A stretch of DNA of 63,293 nucleotides, filler included, from Cladosporium halotolerans (Eukaryota), in assembly GCF_011745625.1 (NCBI RefSeq). It is 10 parts of 10 records of this genome, joined end to end, with 100 filler letters (N's around TTAATTAATTAA, not from the genome) between each part and the next. Parts side by side here need not be neighbours in the genome. Positions count along the whole stretch, not along the records: positions 44,952 to 51,001 come from NW_027191656.1; positions 51,102 to 57,147 come from NW_027191657.1; positions 57,248 to 63,293 come from NW_027191658.1; 7 more parts are not named here. One strand, given 5' to 3'. The notes under the pieces were generated by a model that searched no databases, had not been told where the DNA came from, and saw only the letters and a list, made by a program, of their open reading frames with translations. Positions 46,335 through 58,568 of the stretch are shown piece by piece. Every line of letters begins with the position of its first letter. Within the stretch, counting starts at the first letter, position 1. Position numbers and translations under genes: made by a program.

Positions 46335-47559
46335 GTCAAGCAGAGGTGTGATCTGGCCAAATCGGTGATGGACGGTATCACCGCGGCTCTGGATTATACG
46401 CTGTTGGGTATCAGATTCTGAAAGAGCCGCCCAAACAATCTAGCCCTGGTGCCTTACTTTGCCGAGGAAAGTTGACTGAGCCCCCTGTAGGCCCGAGAGA
46501 TCCAAGGTCTCCGAAGGAGTCGGACATACTGTACGGGAAAGGGAAAATCTTTCAGAGCCGAAGCTGCTATCGCCTACGTTAGAGCATCCTGACCAACATT
46601 CATAAGAGCATTTGGGTTTACCTGGTCCCATTGACTGGATCAAAAGATGGATGCTGAATGTGCGCCTTCGGTGGGTACACGATTGGTAGGACCTTGCGGT
46701 CGTCAATGACATGCGAGCCCGCGGGAATCCAGCCCTAAGTACGGCTCAAACATTGGATCTCTGAGCCATGGCGCAAGCACGCCGATAGAAGCTATGACGT
46801 GAGGCGAGTTTCGGACATGCATTTGTGGGTTGTACGGTGACGCCAACGTTGGTGTCGGTATGCTGTTGAAGGCCACTGCTGACAAGTACAGATCGCCAAG
46901 CTCCAATGGCGCTCGTAATGGTTGCAGTAGGTGCTGAACGAGGCTGCTTTCCGCCAACGCTGGTCACGATCCAAGGACTTAGACTGTGCCGAGGCTGTGC
47001 TGATATTAGCAGTCTACGGCCTGGTGCTTGAAGGCAAGGTCCGAGGCGTCGAAGATGGCAACAATGCGCTTGCACGCATGAAAGCACTCTGCTTGTGCTG
47101 TTCGAAGTTGGCGACTGCGTCAGAAACACGGTCGGAAGCAGCAATTTCAGCGATATCTTGACTTGCTTGCCAGCACGTTGAGTGGACTTGAGCGGGCATC
47201 CAAGTAGTGTGTCGGAAAGGTTTACCGGGAAAGGAGTTTGTGCGATAGTCCCACTTTAGAAAATAGATGCTAGAAGCGTCGTAAAGCGCCCACAAGATGA
47301 GCAATTCACGCATTTCTTTCCTCCATTTTGATCAACCGCAAAGGGCAGCGCAGTAGGTTGGTGGACTCGTTTACGACTTTGTCACGGACAAGGTCCATTC
47401 TTACATCATCGTGAAGCGCCAACCAAGAGGAGAAGAGCGAAGCCACCGAAGCATCCAGCGCCATGCAGGCGGGAGTGCTATCGCCTGGCACAGGTGGAGC
47501 AGGACCCCCTCTGCGCGGCGTTTCTGGAATTCTTGCAAACGCGGGGTTGGTCCGACCAA

Positions 47560-49159
47560 TCAGAGACCTAAATCAAGAACAGATCGACCCCGGATCAGAA
47601 AGAGGGCAGGATTGGCTTTCAGAAGACCAAAGAAACGTCCTGCAGACGAAGGCCCATCGCTGGACTTCACCATCGGCGATATAGCCGAAGCTGTAGAGGT
47701 GGTGATAGACGAGGCGCTCGCCCTACCGCTGGACAGCATACAGCGCGTGCGCGAAGAACTGAAAGAACAGATAGCCCAGACGCAGATACAGACGGCGAAG
47801 ATGATCAATCCCTCGAGGCTAAAGCGGAGAAGAGGGCGGAGACATTGCTCCAGAAAATCCTCGAGCAGTCGCCCAGGACAGTGGCGAGATGTATGAGATG
47901 CAGCAGCACGAACGTATCCGGCCCGCATCAGGCGAGAACAGAAACACAGGCTACGGTACATCTAAAAGAAGGTCCCAGCCTAACTTGGGCGGCTAGGGTC
48001 GGGGGCAAAGCGCAAGGGGCAAACGAATGGACGACGGTCGGTGGACGTAGGAAAGCACCGGCGACGAAGAAGGTGTCCCTGTGAACCAAAGACGAGTTCT
48101 GCTCACAAGACAGAGCCAAATGGGCCAAGATGGGGCACGGCAGACGGATCCAAGAGACGTAATCTTGCCATCAACAAGGCACTTGCCCAGGATGGAGCGG
48201 ACGTGTCAGCACGGCTTACGGGACTAAGGTATACAGGAAGAGACCACCTGTCGGGACTCACGGCTATATACGCAAGCGCGAACGACGTGCTCGAGCATGC
48301 TGGTAAAGTGACGGCGGCAGCTGACAAGCTTGACCCGGCCGTAGCCAAGATTGAAAAGACCGAAAAGTGGCGCAAACTGCGGGTGCACGGAGTGTCGCTA
48401 GACCGCTACCTAGGAGACGGAGGACTTGACCTGGCGAGGGAAGAGATCGAGCTGATGACCGGCGAGTCGTTGCCGTACACGCCTCGGTGGATGAGGGGTG
48501 AAGGACTGGAAGAGAGGTTTCATAGTGGAACGGTCAACCGCTCGACGCCGATAGTGACAGTGAAGAGTAAAGCTGCTGCCGACTCCATCATAACCAAAGG
48601 ACTTTCTTTTGGGGGCAGACGACATGAGGCCGAGAAGTTTTGGACGAGAGGAGAGGGTGGAATATGCATGCAGTGCTGCTGACGTGACCACTTCGGCAAG
48701 TGCAACCAGGCAGCGAGATGCTACGTCTGTGCGGAAGACCACGAAGGGCCGGAATACCGCTGTAAGGCGAAGGGTTGCGGAAAGAATTCGGGGCCATGCG
48801 AGCATCGTGCCGCAAAGTGCGCGAACTGCGGAGGTAAGCATATGGCGACATCGCCGAGATGCCCTGAAAAGTGGCAGCAAAGGCAACGCAAAAATAATGA
48901 AGCGACGGATGTACAGAACAGCACGTCTCAGGTTTCTTCTGAGGAAGAAACATGCGCCGGGGCAACGAACGGGCAGCGAGCATGTACGAACCCTACCGAG
49001 CGGCTCAGCGAACCCAGATCGACCCCATCGCTGCCAAAGACACCGGCAATGAGGCCACCGGTCCCGGTGGCGGGGTGGGACGAAGAATCCAGGACCTTTG
49101 AGATGGACATCGAATCGGACGTCGAGTCTTCCTCCCCGATAAACAGTTTCGTGGTCTGA
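47560..49159 (+). mobile_element. Degenerate LINE (Tad1-like) ORF1/gag remnant
   Basis: KWRKLRVHGVSLDRYL...REEIE...PRW and Cys/His knuckles CMQCC*RDH..C, CYVCAEDH...C, CANCGGKHMATSPRCP. In-frame stops at about 48082 and 48680. Confidence 0.8.
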
Positions 49160-51101
49160 TCACGCGATTTCAAAAGTGCCAAGTAATCGCTGGGTTCTCT
49201 AGCTCGCCAAACGACCGGCCGGCAGCCGACGCGCGCTGAGCGAATCAGCGCACCCCACTTCGCCATACCAAAGGCATGACCAGCTGCCACCCTCGCCTCC
49301 GCGGTCATAGAGTCCCTATGTACATTCTGTGCCACAAAACTGATCTTCTTCCTCTTGACGTCATCTCATTGTGTAATTCACCTAACCCAAACATATGAAA
49401 CCCCCTTTGTCCTGTATCTGTCTACTGTGGTTCTTGCGGCGCTGTGGCACCATGTCTTCGACCATATACCTGTCCCCTAGTGCTCAGCTCGTCTCTTATG
49501 TTGTGGCTCTCGACTCTCTGGGCGCATGCCGATGCGCTGAGTGCGATCCACGTGTTCTTGTTGCCTCCTACTAGGATCTTCAATGTGGCCATATTAATGC
49601 GAGCGTCTTTCGTCGTCCACAGCAACTTCGATGTCTCTGTCGGCATTCAGCAATACGAGAACGATGTTCCACTCCTGCAGGGCTTCGAATCACTAGGCAT
49701 GAGAGCTCTGGCGTGAATCTCCTCGGGCATCCTCATACGGTGAAGGGTGACCAGTCCTTCACCAATAGTTTGGGGGGCGACAGTGGGAGAGGCTCTCAGT
49801 GTATCTGCAGTATTATGTGGTACCGGTGTGTAGCGTGCCGATGCCGGGTGCTCGATTTGCGTAGAGATGATCCCGTTCTGTTCGAAGTCCTGCCGGCGTG
49901 AGACGTCGCAGACGTTGGCGGGTGTTTTGATGGACCTGCTCCCGGTCCATCCGTGGCTGTGTAGTGACTGTGTTGCTGAAAGTTGTCTGGGCTCAGTCGT
50001 CAAACCCGTACTGCTGAACTCTGACTTAGCACTGCACTGCTGCTAACGCCGAAAGACGTTCTGCCTCGTGGCTTGCTCTTGATGTTCTGCATGAATTATC
50101 CACTGCATTGATGAGAGCTCCTCTGCAGGCCCTGTGTCCACGCCGAGTCGCGCTATGACCTGTACAGGGGAAAATCGTCACGTGTGGACGTGATTGCGGC
50201 CGTGTCACTTGGGCTTTCCGCTCTTTCGCACCTGCTCCGTGCACCTCGTCCAAGTTGTTGAGGTCTCTTTGGTTCTGCCAACTGTTGCCAGTGACAGGTT
50301 CGTAGCCGGCACCACGGACAGGTGGACCTCATCGCCGGCCTCTCTTGACATGCTTTCGGAATATCTAGGACGCTCTTTGGCCAAGTGTAATGGAGAGTTG
50401 AAGTATCGAACTGGGCAAATTGGGTGTGAAAGGGTTGATTGTGCTGTGTATCTACTGCTGGGGCCATCCACTGCATTATACCTTCAGTAGGTCTGTGGCG
50501 GTCTGGATGCTCTTGTCCAGCAATCTTCAACACGAACAACAATTTCAATCATTGAGAATATTGCAGCTAGGGACGTCATCACATGACAACTCGTATGCAT
50601 CTATGGAACGTCGAGGTATCTGGGAGATACCGCTTCGCATGAACCGTGGCCCACAATGTGCACCCATTGCTAAGGCATTCTTGACTGCTGGATGCTTAAG
50701 TTCAGGTGATAAGTCGGCCATAGTCGATAATCCAGTGGTAGCAGACCCGTTGAAAAGTCCGCAGGATAGAAAATCCCAAGTCAGTTGAATTGATCTTCTG
50801 ATAGCCACAAAGTTCTGCAGCAGCTATAACGATCCAAATAATGGTTGTCGGTGCCAAGGAATTCAGCTGTGGGGATTGTTCGGCTTTTGGTGAGGATCCT
50901 CATAGACGTCTTCCCTGGCTCGTGCACATCCCTGACTCGTGCACACTTTGGAAGCTCGACAACAACGCGCTTCAACACGCGATATCTTCCTAACCATGGC
51001 TNNNNNNNNNNNNNNNNNNNNNNNNNNNNNNNNNNNNNNNNNNNNTTAATTAATTAANNNNNNNNNNNNNNNNNNNNNNNNNNNNNNNNNNNNNNNNNNN
51101 N

Positions 51102-51848
51102 CTGATTGCTGATTGATTTCTGATTGAGCGCCCACCTGACTGATTTGATTCCTGATTGAGCTTCACCTGATTCTGAATATTCAAGATTCAAGATCTATGG
51201 CTGCGAAAGCAGCAATTGATGGCGCATACTCGGCCGCGAAGGCAAGGTGGCCGCTGGATGCCCAGAAGGCAGTCTTCCTCAGCCCAGTGGAACCGACGGT
51301 CAAGTCCGAGTCGAGATTTGACGACTACAACACCCTACCTCAAGAGGTCGATTCGATGGATGACTTGCAGCTCTACAAGCGGGAAGAGCGGACTCCAGGG
51401 CTGTACTCGCCTTCACCGCTGGAATGGTGGCGTCAAAATCATACCAGGTTTCCGCTCTTGCGACACCTAGCCTTTGAACTCTTCGCGATACCGGCCAGTG
51501 CGTCAGCAAACGAACGAACCTTCTCCATTGCTGGCAACTCGGTCGGGAATGATAGGCCACGGACTCTGTATGAGCTCGCGGAGGCGCAGCAACTTCTGCG
51601 CAGCTGGTACGACGAGGACATGATCTGAAGTGTATAGACGCTTACCTACCGTACCATGTGAGCCCATTCTCTCGTTTGTACCACACTGCCTGCCCGTTCG
51701 TGCCAAGACTGGTAAATGTCTTGGCAGATGATGCAGACAGACAGACAAATCGCTGCCATTTCTCAGACAGACAGACAAGCCACCGCTCCTTAGGTAAGCA
51801 GACCAGACATTCCCGGAAATCTTGTCTGTCTGTCTGATGAACACCCTG
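51102..51848 (+). mobile_element. hAT transposon 3' part (dimerisation domain 51197-51628 + right terminus)
   Basis: PLEWWRQNHTRFPLLRHLAFELFAIPASASANERTFS; CAGA subterminal repeats 51735-51836; terminus ...ctgatgaacaccctg (reverse complement CAGGGTGTTCATCAG). Confidence 0.85.
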
Positions 51849-53036
51849 CACCAATTCTGGTTAAACCTGCGCAAAGTGCCCGACTGGGTCGACTGGGCGC
51901 AACTGGAGAGGGGGCAACGCGTGTTCCATCGCTACATTCTGGCATCCATCACGGGATTTGTTCTGCAAGGCTTCGTAGGTGAGAACTCCTCGGCCTCTGG
52001 CGTTGTCGAAGTCTTGACCAGGACTGGCGGATTTCATCCCAAGAACCTATCACGGAGACTGCAAGACACATTTCGATGGCTGCTCGAGGTCACATCCGAC
52101 TTGCGATCTATTCAACCAGGCGGTAAAGGTCATGCAGATACGATAAGGGTACGGCTGCTGCACGCGCAGGTCCGTCAACGCATCCTAGAATTGACCGAGC
52201 AAAGGCCGAGCTACTACGATACAGGCCGACATGGCCTTCCCATAAACACTCTTGACTCCGTCCGTTCGATATCGACATTCTGCTGCAGTCCTATGTGGTC
52301 GCAGCTGCCCAAAGTCGGAGTAAAGCCAACTCAGCAAGAGATCCAAGACTATGTCGCACTTTTTCGCTATCTCGGTCATCTGCTGGGAGTTCCACATGTA
52401 CTTTTCGACTCGACGGATCGAGCCAAAGCCGTCTTGCACGCCATGACGGTCCACGAATCTCAACCAAGTGTGCAGTCCAGAAACATTGCACAAAACTTCA
52501 TCGAAACGATCACATCCATCGGACCATGCACGTTGTCTGCGGGATTTGTCGCAGCGGGCTCACGCTGCATGAACGGCGACGCACTGTGCGATACCCTCGG
52601 CATACCGCAAGCGACCAGCATTCATTACGCCACATTTCGCGGTTGCTGCTGGCTCGCGTCCGCTTTGTGTTTTCTGCAACGCAGATCATGCGCCACGGAC
52701 AGCTTCCTCATCAGCGTAAGGTGACCTTCCCGCAACAGCAAAGCCATGGCTGACAAGTTCTATCAGGTGTCGCGCAAGACCCTTAACGGTATTTTCGATG
52801 GGTCGGAGTCTTCCCGTACGGACGGAGGGCCATTTGTGTTACAGTACTTGCCGACGTACTCTGGGCCTAAAATGGTCGGCGTGGAGAGTGACGCCGCTTT
52901 ACGTCTCACAGTCAATATTGAGCTCGTCTTTCGGGCCGTATTTGCGCTTTACTGCAGTTTTTATTTTCTGCTTGTTTTGTCAGCGGGCGCAGCTTTCTCT
53001 CACTGCGTGAGGAGTCTTGTTGCTGTTTACAAATAG
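51849..53036 (+). pseudogene. MpaB/Lcp-like (DUF2236) ER-bound oxygenase, interrupted at the 5' end by hAT
   Basis: HQFWLNLRKVPDWVDWAQLERGQRVF...VLTRTGGF...RVRLLHAQVR...GLPIN...YLGHLLG; intron 52716-52766; C-terminal TM segment. Coding sequence begins right at the transposon terminus. Confidence 0.8.
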
Positions 53037-53903
53037 TAGGGCAAGCGAGCGATCGTGCGCTTCGCAAGGTGCGAGTTTCCAACACTCTTGTAATGCTCGT
53101 GGTCGTAGGGAATCAGATGCAAAGATCTTCGGACCTCTGGTCGATTTTCGAATCCTGTCGAATGCAGAGCCTCCTTACTGCAGTGGTAGCGAGCCTTTGA
53201 TACATCGCTAGGTATCGCAACGAGGATCTATCGTGTATACAGATCAATTGTGCGCAGAATGCTCGCTCCTGTTGACCATGAAAAGGTTGAGATTAGATGC
53301 TGTCGGCCCTTACAAGCGTCCTTCGATGATGAAGTAAGTTCTCGCCCGTGGGTATCAATCGATCGTATTACGCCACGAGCGATCAGGACTTCGCTCTTAC
53401 ACTCTTACATCATTCGCCCTCGCATCATTACCTGACGTTGTAGGGTACGGCTCTCAAGCTCTATGTTCGTCCATCGTTAAGACCTCGCAGCACGAATTGC
53501 TGCGTAATCATATTCTCAACTGGCTGGCACCAATCCAGAAAGGTGGTCTTCGGTGCCTTTGACTTGTGTAATTGGATCGTCAGGAGCTCTGAACAGTCAT
53601 CACTTATGCCCGACGAAACTTGAAGCAAGTGTTACTGTGAGCGATGTAACGATTACATTTGCAAGACTGAACGGAAACAGGTCTTTTTCGTGACGTCGTA
53701 TCGGTAGTTGCTGGTGGTGTGGGGCGCTGGTACAGTAGTTGAGGTGTGGGACCGGACACTGTTCCATCGGCAGGTGAGCTCAATCCTACGCTCACACAGC
53801 ATGGCCGGCTTTTCGCCAAGATCTTTTCCGTGTTCCTCGAATAAATTGCTTCAGTATCCTATAGAGAATATTTTCCCTCCATTGACCTGATTTTGCACGA
53901 GAC

Positions 53904-55125
53904 ATGGCTGACTCACGCGAGATAACTGTGAAGTTCCCCAACCTTTTCGTTAGCTTCCTCGCCCCAGAGCCGACCCTAAACGCCAACTATGCTGCTGTCT
54001 GCGAAGCCTCTGAGGATCCAATACTCAGGTGTGACCATCCCTGAGACGAGTACAGCAGTAACCTATCCTAACCTCCGGGCTAGATCGTGCAACTTGACCG
54101 CCCGTCAGAAACAAGCGATCATCGAATGCAACTTCCCCTATTTTGCGGCCGTGATGGTCCCCTCTGCCAACGCTAAGCTCCTACGCATAATTTGTAATTG
54201 GGGGAATTGGATCTTTCCCTTTGACGATTTGTTTGACAACGGCGACGTCCGCAACGATGTCGCTCGAGCTATGAAGGTGATGGATGCTCTGAAAGCAACT
54301 CTTACCGAAGGTAGCAAGAGCGTGCGTAGTCAACAAGAGGACTGTAAGCACATCAAGCCACTACTCGATATCGCACACATGCACGAAAGCATACTCTCGG
54401 CTATCCGAGCGCATGCTTCGGCTGGTGAGTAGATTCACTCCCCGAATAGAGATGTCGGCAGTCACGGAAGCGCAGATCTCGAGCATGCAGCACGTACACG
54501 CGAGACAGCATACTGACGGACGGTAACAGGTATCTGTCACCGCTATATTTCTTCGAAGGTCGATTACTGCGATGACACAATGGCATAAGTGCAACAGGTG
54601 CAGACGGCGCACGGAACAAGTTTTGAGTGCATCCTTGGGCAAAGAAGGCAATCCGTTTGCGTCGCACCCCTTTTTGCCCTGGTCGAACTCGGGCATCACA
54701 TCCGCCTTCCAGATTCAGCCTTCGATGACCACAGATTTCAGAGCGTTCAGAGGCTCGGCATCGATATCACACTACTCCACAATGACCTGCTCTCGTACCG
54801 CAAAGAGGAGAAAGAAGGAGTCCCGCACAATGTCGTCACGGCTTGCAGGAGGCAAGGTAAGAGCGCACAAGCAGCCATGGATTTCGTTGGCTCGGAAGTC
54901 TCGGTTCGCATCGCGGAATTTGAGTGTATCGCGGACGAGCTCGAGAGGTCCGGAAGCGAATGGTCAGACGAACTCATGCGCTACATTCAGGGAATTAGAG
55001 ATGTGATCAAGGCAAACCTGCATTGGAGCTTTTACTCAGAGAGGTTTCTCTCGTCTGAGGAAAAGTCTACGCTGTTGGCAGAAGGCAATTTGCAAGTTAC
55101 CAGCGAATGCGTGGCGCTGCAATAG
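53904..55125 (+). pseudogene. Class I (sesqui)terpene cyclase with one premature stop
   Basis: Exons 53904-54028, 54084-54424, 54530-55125. Motifs FPFDDLFD, RRQS, HNDLLSYRKE, WSFYSERF. In-frame TAA at 54586-54588. Confidence 0.88.
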
Positions 55126-55812
55126 TATCGGAAGTGGTTGTTGTCATTGATGCAAGCTTGTCCGATACCCACGGTGGCCGACCTGAATCTACTCCGGCCA
55201 TGACACAATGGGCTTGCACCGCCGAGACTTGTTTTTGATCATCCCGCGTGAGCCTGTCCACGTGTCTGTTAGAATCGGCACGTCGTCCGAAGCGAAGCAT
55301 GTTTACCAACCACGTGAAAGGCCGAGGAGAGGTCGAGGGCTGACAGTCCCACCTGCCTAACAGTAACGAGGGCAAGGAATAAGTCACGAGCATGTGCTGG
55401 TCGATAGCCTAGATGATGCAATAGCGATTAGCGGACGCGAGTGTCCTCCGCCGCTGCGATGTCGCATTAATTGGGAAAAGAAGGCGGCTTAGAAAGGCAA
55501 GTCAGTTGCACTAATTTACGTGCCGTCTGCAAACCAGAAACCCTGGTCTGCGGCGCGGGTAATCGATCGCGGTCCAGTACTGTACATGTACGACTCTGCA
55601 CCATGATACACATGAGGGTAAACGTCTTGGGACCCGCCACGCAAGTCGCACCTTCAAACCACCACTGGAGAAAGTCAATGCGAGGATCCCTTCTCACATG
55701 TTTCAATAACAACAACATCATCACTCGTTTCACTCTTCAATTGCTCTTCGCAACCCGTAGCGTCCAGGGCTATGATGTTCAACAGGTATCTTACTTTAGG
55801 AGTGATGGTAAC

Positions 55813-56415
55813 TTATGTTCTGCGGATCTTGTAGTGCTCTGCGGTGTCATCCATCAGGTTCTGGAAGTACATGATCACACCTTTCGTCTCCTTTATGATA
55901 GGGTCCGTATCTGCCAGGCCTTGTTGAGATTCTGCAAAACCGGTGGGTTTTGCAACCTTTGCAGAGAGAATTTCTAAGGCGTTGTTGAGTGCCGGCAGCA
56001 TCTGACGTTGGATTACGGGTAGTAGTCTTGCCGCTGATCCATATTGTCCGTACACTTCGGCTCTGAGTATTCTCATAACACACGTCACCTGCGTCGCAAC
56101 GCAATCTTCCTCGTCGCTGTCGTTCTTCCACAAGCGCTCCTGGTACTTCTCAATCTCAATCTCGCATTGCTCTATGATCACATCTGGAAGCACGTCCAAT
56201 GGGCCAGCCACGATGCCCGTGCGCTGCAATATCGTGTCGTTGGAAATGTCGTGAGCAATGCCACCTTCGACTGGGCAAGGACTCATGTCTTGACCAGAGG
56301 TCTGAGCCGGGATGAGTTCCTGTTGCAACTTTTTGCAGTCTGGCTCTTCTAAGCGAATTGGTGGTGATATAGGAGCACATTCTACACTTCGTTTTCCACT
56401 CCGGGTCACGACCAT
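55813..56415 (-). CDS. Hypothetical protein (200 aa)
   Basis: ATG-initiated ORF with protein-like composition; no recognised motif. Confidence 0.4.
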   Translation of the reverse strand: MVVTRSGKRSVECAPISPPIRLEEPDCKKLQQELIPAQTSGQDMSPCPVEGGIAHDISNDTILQRTGIVAGPLDVLPDVIIEQCEIEIEKYQERLWKNDSDEEDCVATQVTCVMRILRAEVYGQYGSAARLLPVIQRQMLPALNNALEILSAKVAKPTGFAESQQGLADTDPIIKETKGVIMYFQNLMDDTAEHYKIRRT

Positions 56416-57247
56416 TGTAGCAGCTTCCGGTCAGACAACGATGCGTGCGATAGAATGCAGGTTCTTGCTTTCGAGATCGAATAGTATCCTGTGCTAGGTG
56501 TTCTTCGGAGGAGCCGCTTGCTGCGTGACGGTGCAGCAAGGTGGTGCGAGATATCTTGGTCAACTCACGGAGGTATCAAGAAGAGGCAGTGAAGGGGAAG
56601 GTAGAGACACAACGTGTGGACAACATGCCTGCCCGAACATATAAGCAGGGCGTAGGGTCCTTGATCCGTGTTAATGTGATGCGTTCCCACCTGCTCGCTA
56701 CCAGTGAATGCCCGGTCCTGCAAGTCAGATGATTGGGCGGGATATCAAGCGGAACATGCAGCTCTCCTGCATGAGGGGCAAGCTTTAGCCAGTCACATTT
56801 GTGACGTATCGTGAAGCGATACATAACTTACAGCCCTGACAACGACGCAACCGAACGGGAGGTCTTAGCGCCCAGCGTGTGATCGCACAACGCTCCAGCG
56901 GCTTACAAAGTTAGACGTGTAATGTACTGTAGCGCGTGGGGATTTAAATCTACGGTGCTGCCAGGGCGAGCCGGGAAGCAGGGTAAAAGCCAAAATGCCA
57001 AGCATTTCAGTTGGACAGTTCAACCCAAATGCTTGGCATCACGTGGGATGGGTAATTGTCACGGGCAGAGTAAGGTTAATTTAGATTAGAAAAAAAGCAT
57101 CAAGTCGCATCCAAGCTAAATAGCCTATGAGGCGTCGGCTACCGTAGNNNNNNNNNNNNNNNNNNNNNNNNNNNNNNNNNNNNNNNNNNNNTTAATTAAT
57201 TAANNNNNNNNNNNNNNNNNNNNNNNNNNNNNNNNNNNNNNNNNNNN

Positions 57248-58061
57248 GCTGCTGCGATACCTGGAGAGCTTTGACCCGACAAAGCCAATATACGCGGGCA
57301 ATCCCATGCTTATAGGGGAGGTCATGTTCGCACACGGCGGCTCGGGCTTTGTTGTTTCTCGGCCTGCGCTGGAATCGATCGTCGAGCATTACGCAACGCG
57401 CAAAGAAGAAATCGAAAGCTTCACCAATGAGCACTGGGCGGGAGATTGCGTTCTGGGTAAGGTACTCTTTGATTTGGGAGTGTCCGTGACAAACGTCTGG
57501 CCGGCCTTTCAAGGGGATTATCCAGGCTTCCTCTCGTATACGCCAGCAGACAGACGTCCCGTGGCCAACAAATCCCCAAGAGAATGGTGCGGTCCCACTG
57601 TATCTTACCATCATATGGCTCCGTCTGAGATTGAGGAGCTGTGACACTTCGAGCAAGACTGGCTGATCAACCAAAACCCGGTGGGTGCTAGTTTGTCCTA
57701 GATCCCTTGGAATGCGGATACTGACCTAACGCTTCGCAGGGGAAAAAAGTCTTGCGTCACATAGATATCTTTACCGAATTTGCCGCCATGCCTCGGATGA
57801 AGTCCGTCAAGGGAAATTGGGATAATTTGAGCGAGGACCGATCGATAATCGCCTCTTCAACTGATGAGTGTAGACACAAGTGCATGGCGGATCCGGAATG
57901 CATGCAATATTCCTATGACAAAGATGAATTTATGCAAGACACACGTCCATCTAAGGCTGGGAAGGGCTAAGCCTGGAGTTACATCAGGATGGATCTGGGA
58001 TCGTGTGGTCGACTTTGCGCAGGGTATGGCGTCTTGTGAGGGAGCGAGTTGGCCGACATGA
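57248..58061 (+). pseudogene. GT31 (fringe-like) glycosyltransferase 3' part, pseudogene
   Basis: FAHGGSGFVVSRPAL, WAGDCVLG, SYHHM..EIEEL*HFEQDW (TGA 57642-57644 at an expected Trp). Further frameshift near 57925 before LRLG...SGW. Confidence 0.8.
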
Positions 58062-58568
58062 TCGAACGAAATGTACGGCATCGTGTATGCTGTACGGATT
58101 GCAAGCTTAGCTGTATAAATTGATTTTCTTTGTGGGCGAGACTATTGGTGTACATGTGGATTAGGATCACGTGTCAACAACGAGATCAGACCTCCGGCAA
58201 CTGGGTCGGCCACAAGCTCAGTGACATTCGGCTTCGTTTCGGTCAGTGAGCGTTTCCACCACGGTGAAGTCCTCCCAAACAGGCAGACTGGCGTCATCGC
58301 AAGGAAAGTGAACTTCAGAACGGATGATGCTGACATCCACGCCAGGCAAATTGCTGGCATCTTTGATACAACCGTCTGCATCAACTATGCGCCAGTCGAA
58401 TCTTTGTCTGGCAAGGTCGCTGATGGTGCCATAATCACGTCTCTGGGCTCTTCCTGACGTTTCTTGAAGGTCGGGCGGGAAAGACCTGTCGGGAGTGGAG
58501 ACACCTGCACGCAGTCGAAAGCCAGAATTGAAGAGCGAGCCCGAGAGGAAAAAGCCGTGGAACCCCTT

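Noticed and set aside
57090..57147. aagctaaatagc motif resembling the retroposon terminal hairpin
   Set aside because: Match is short and the A-run is on the wrong side; too weak to call.
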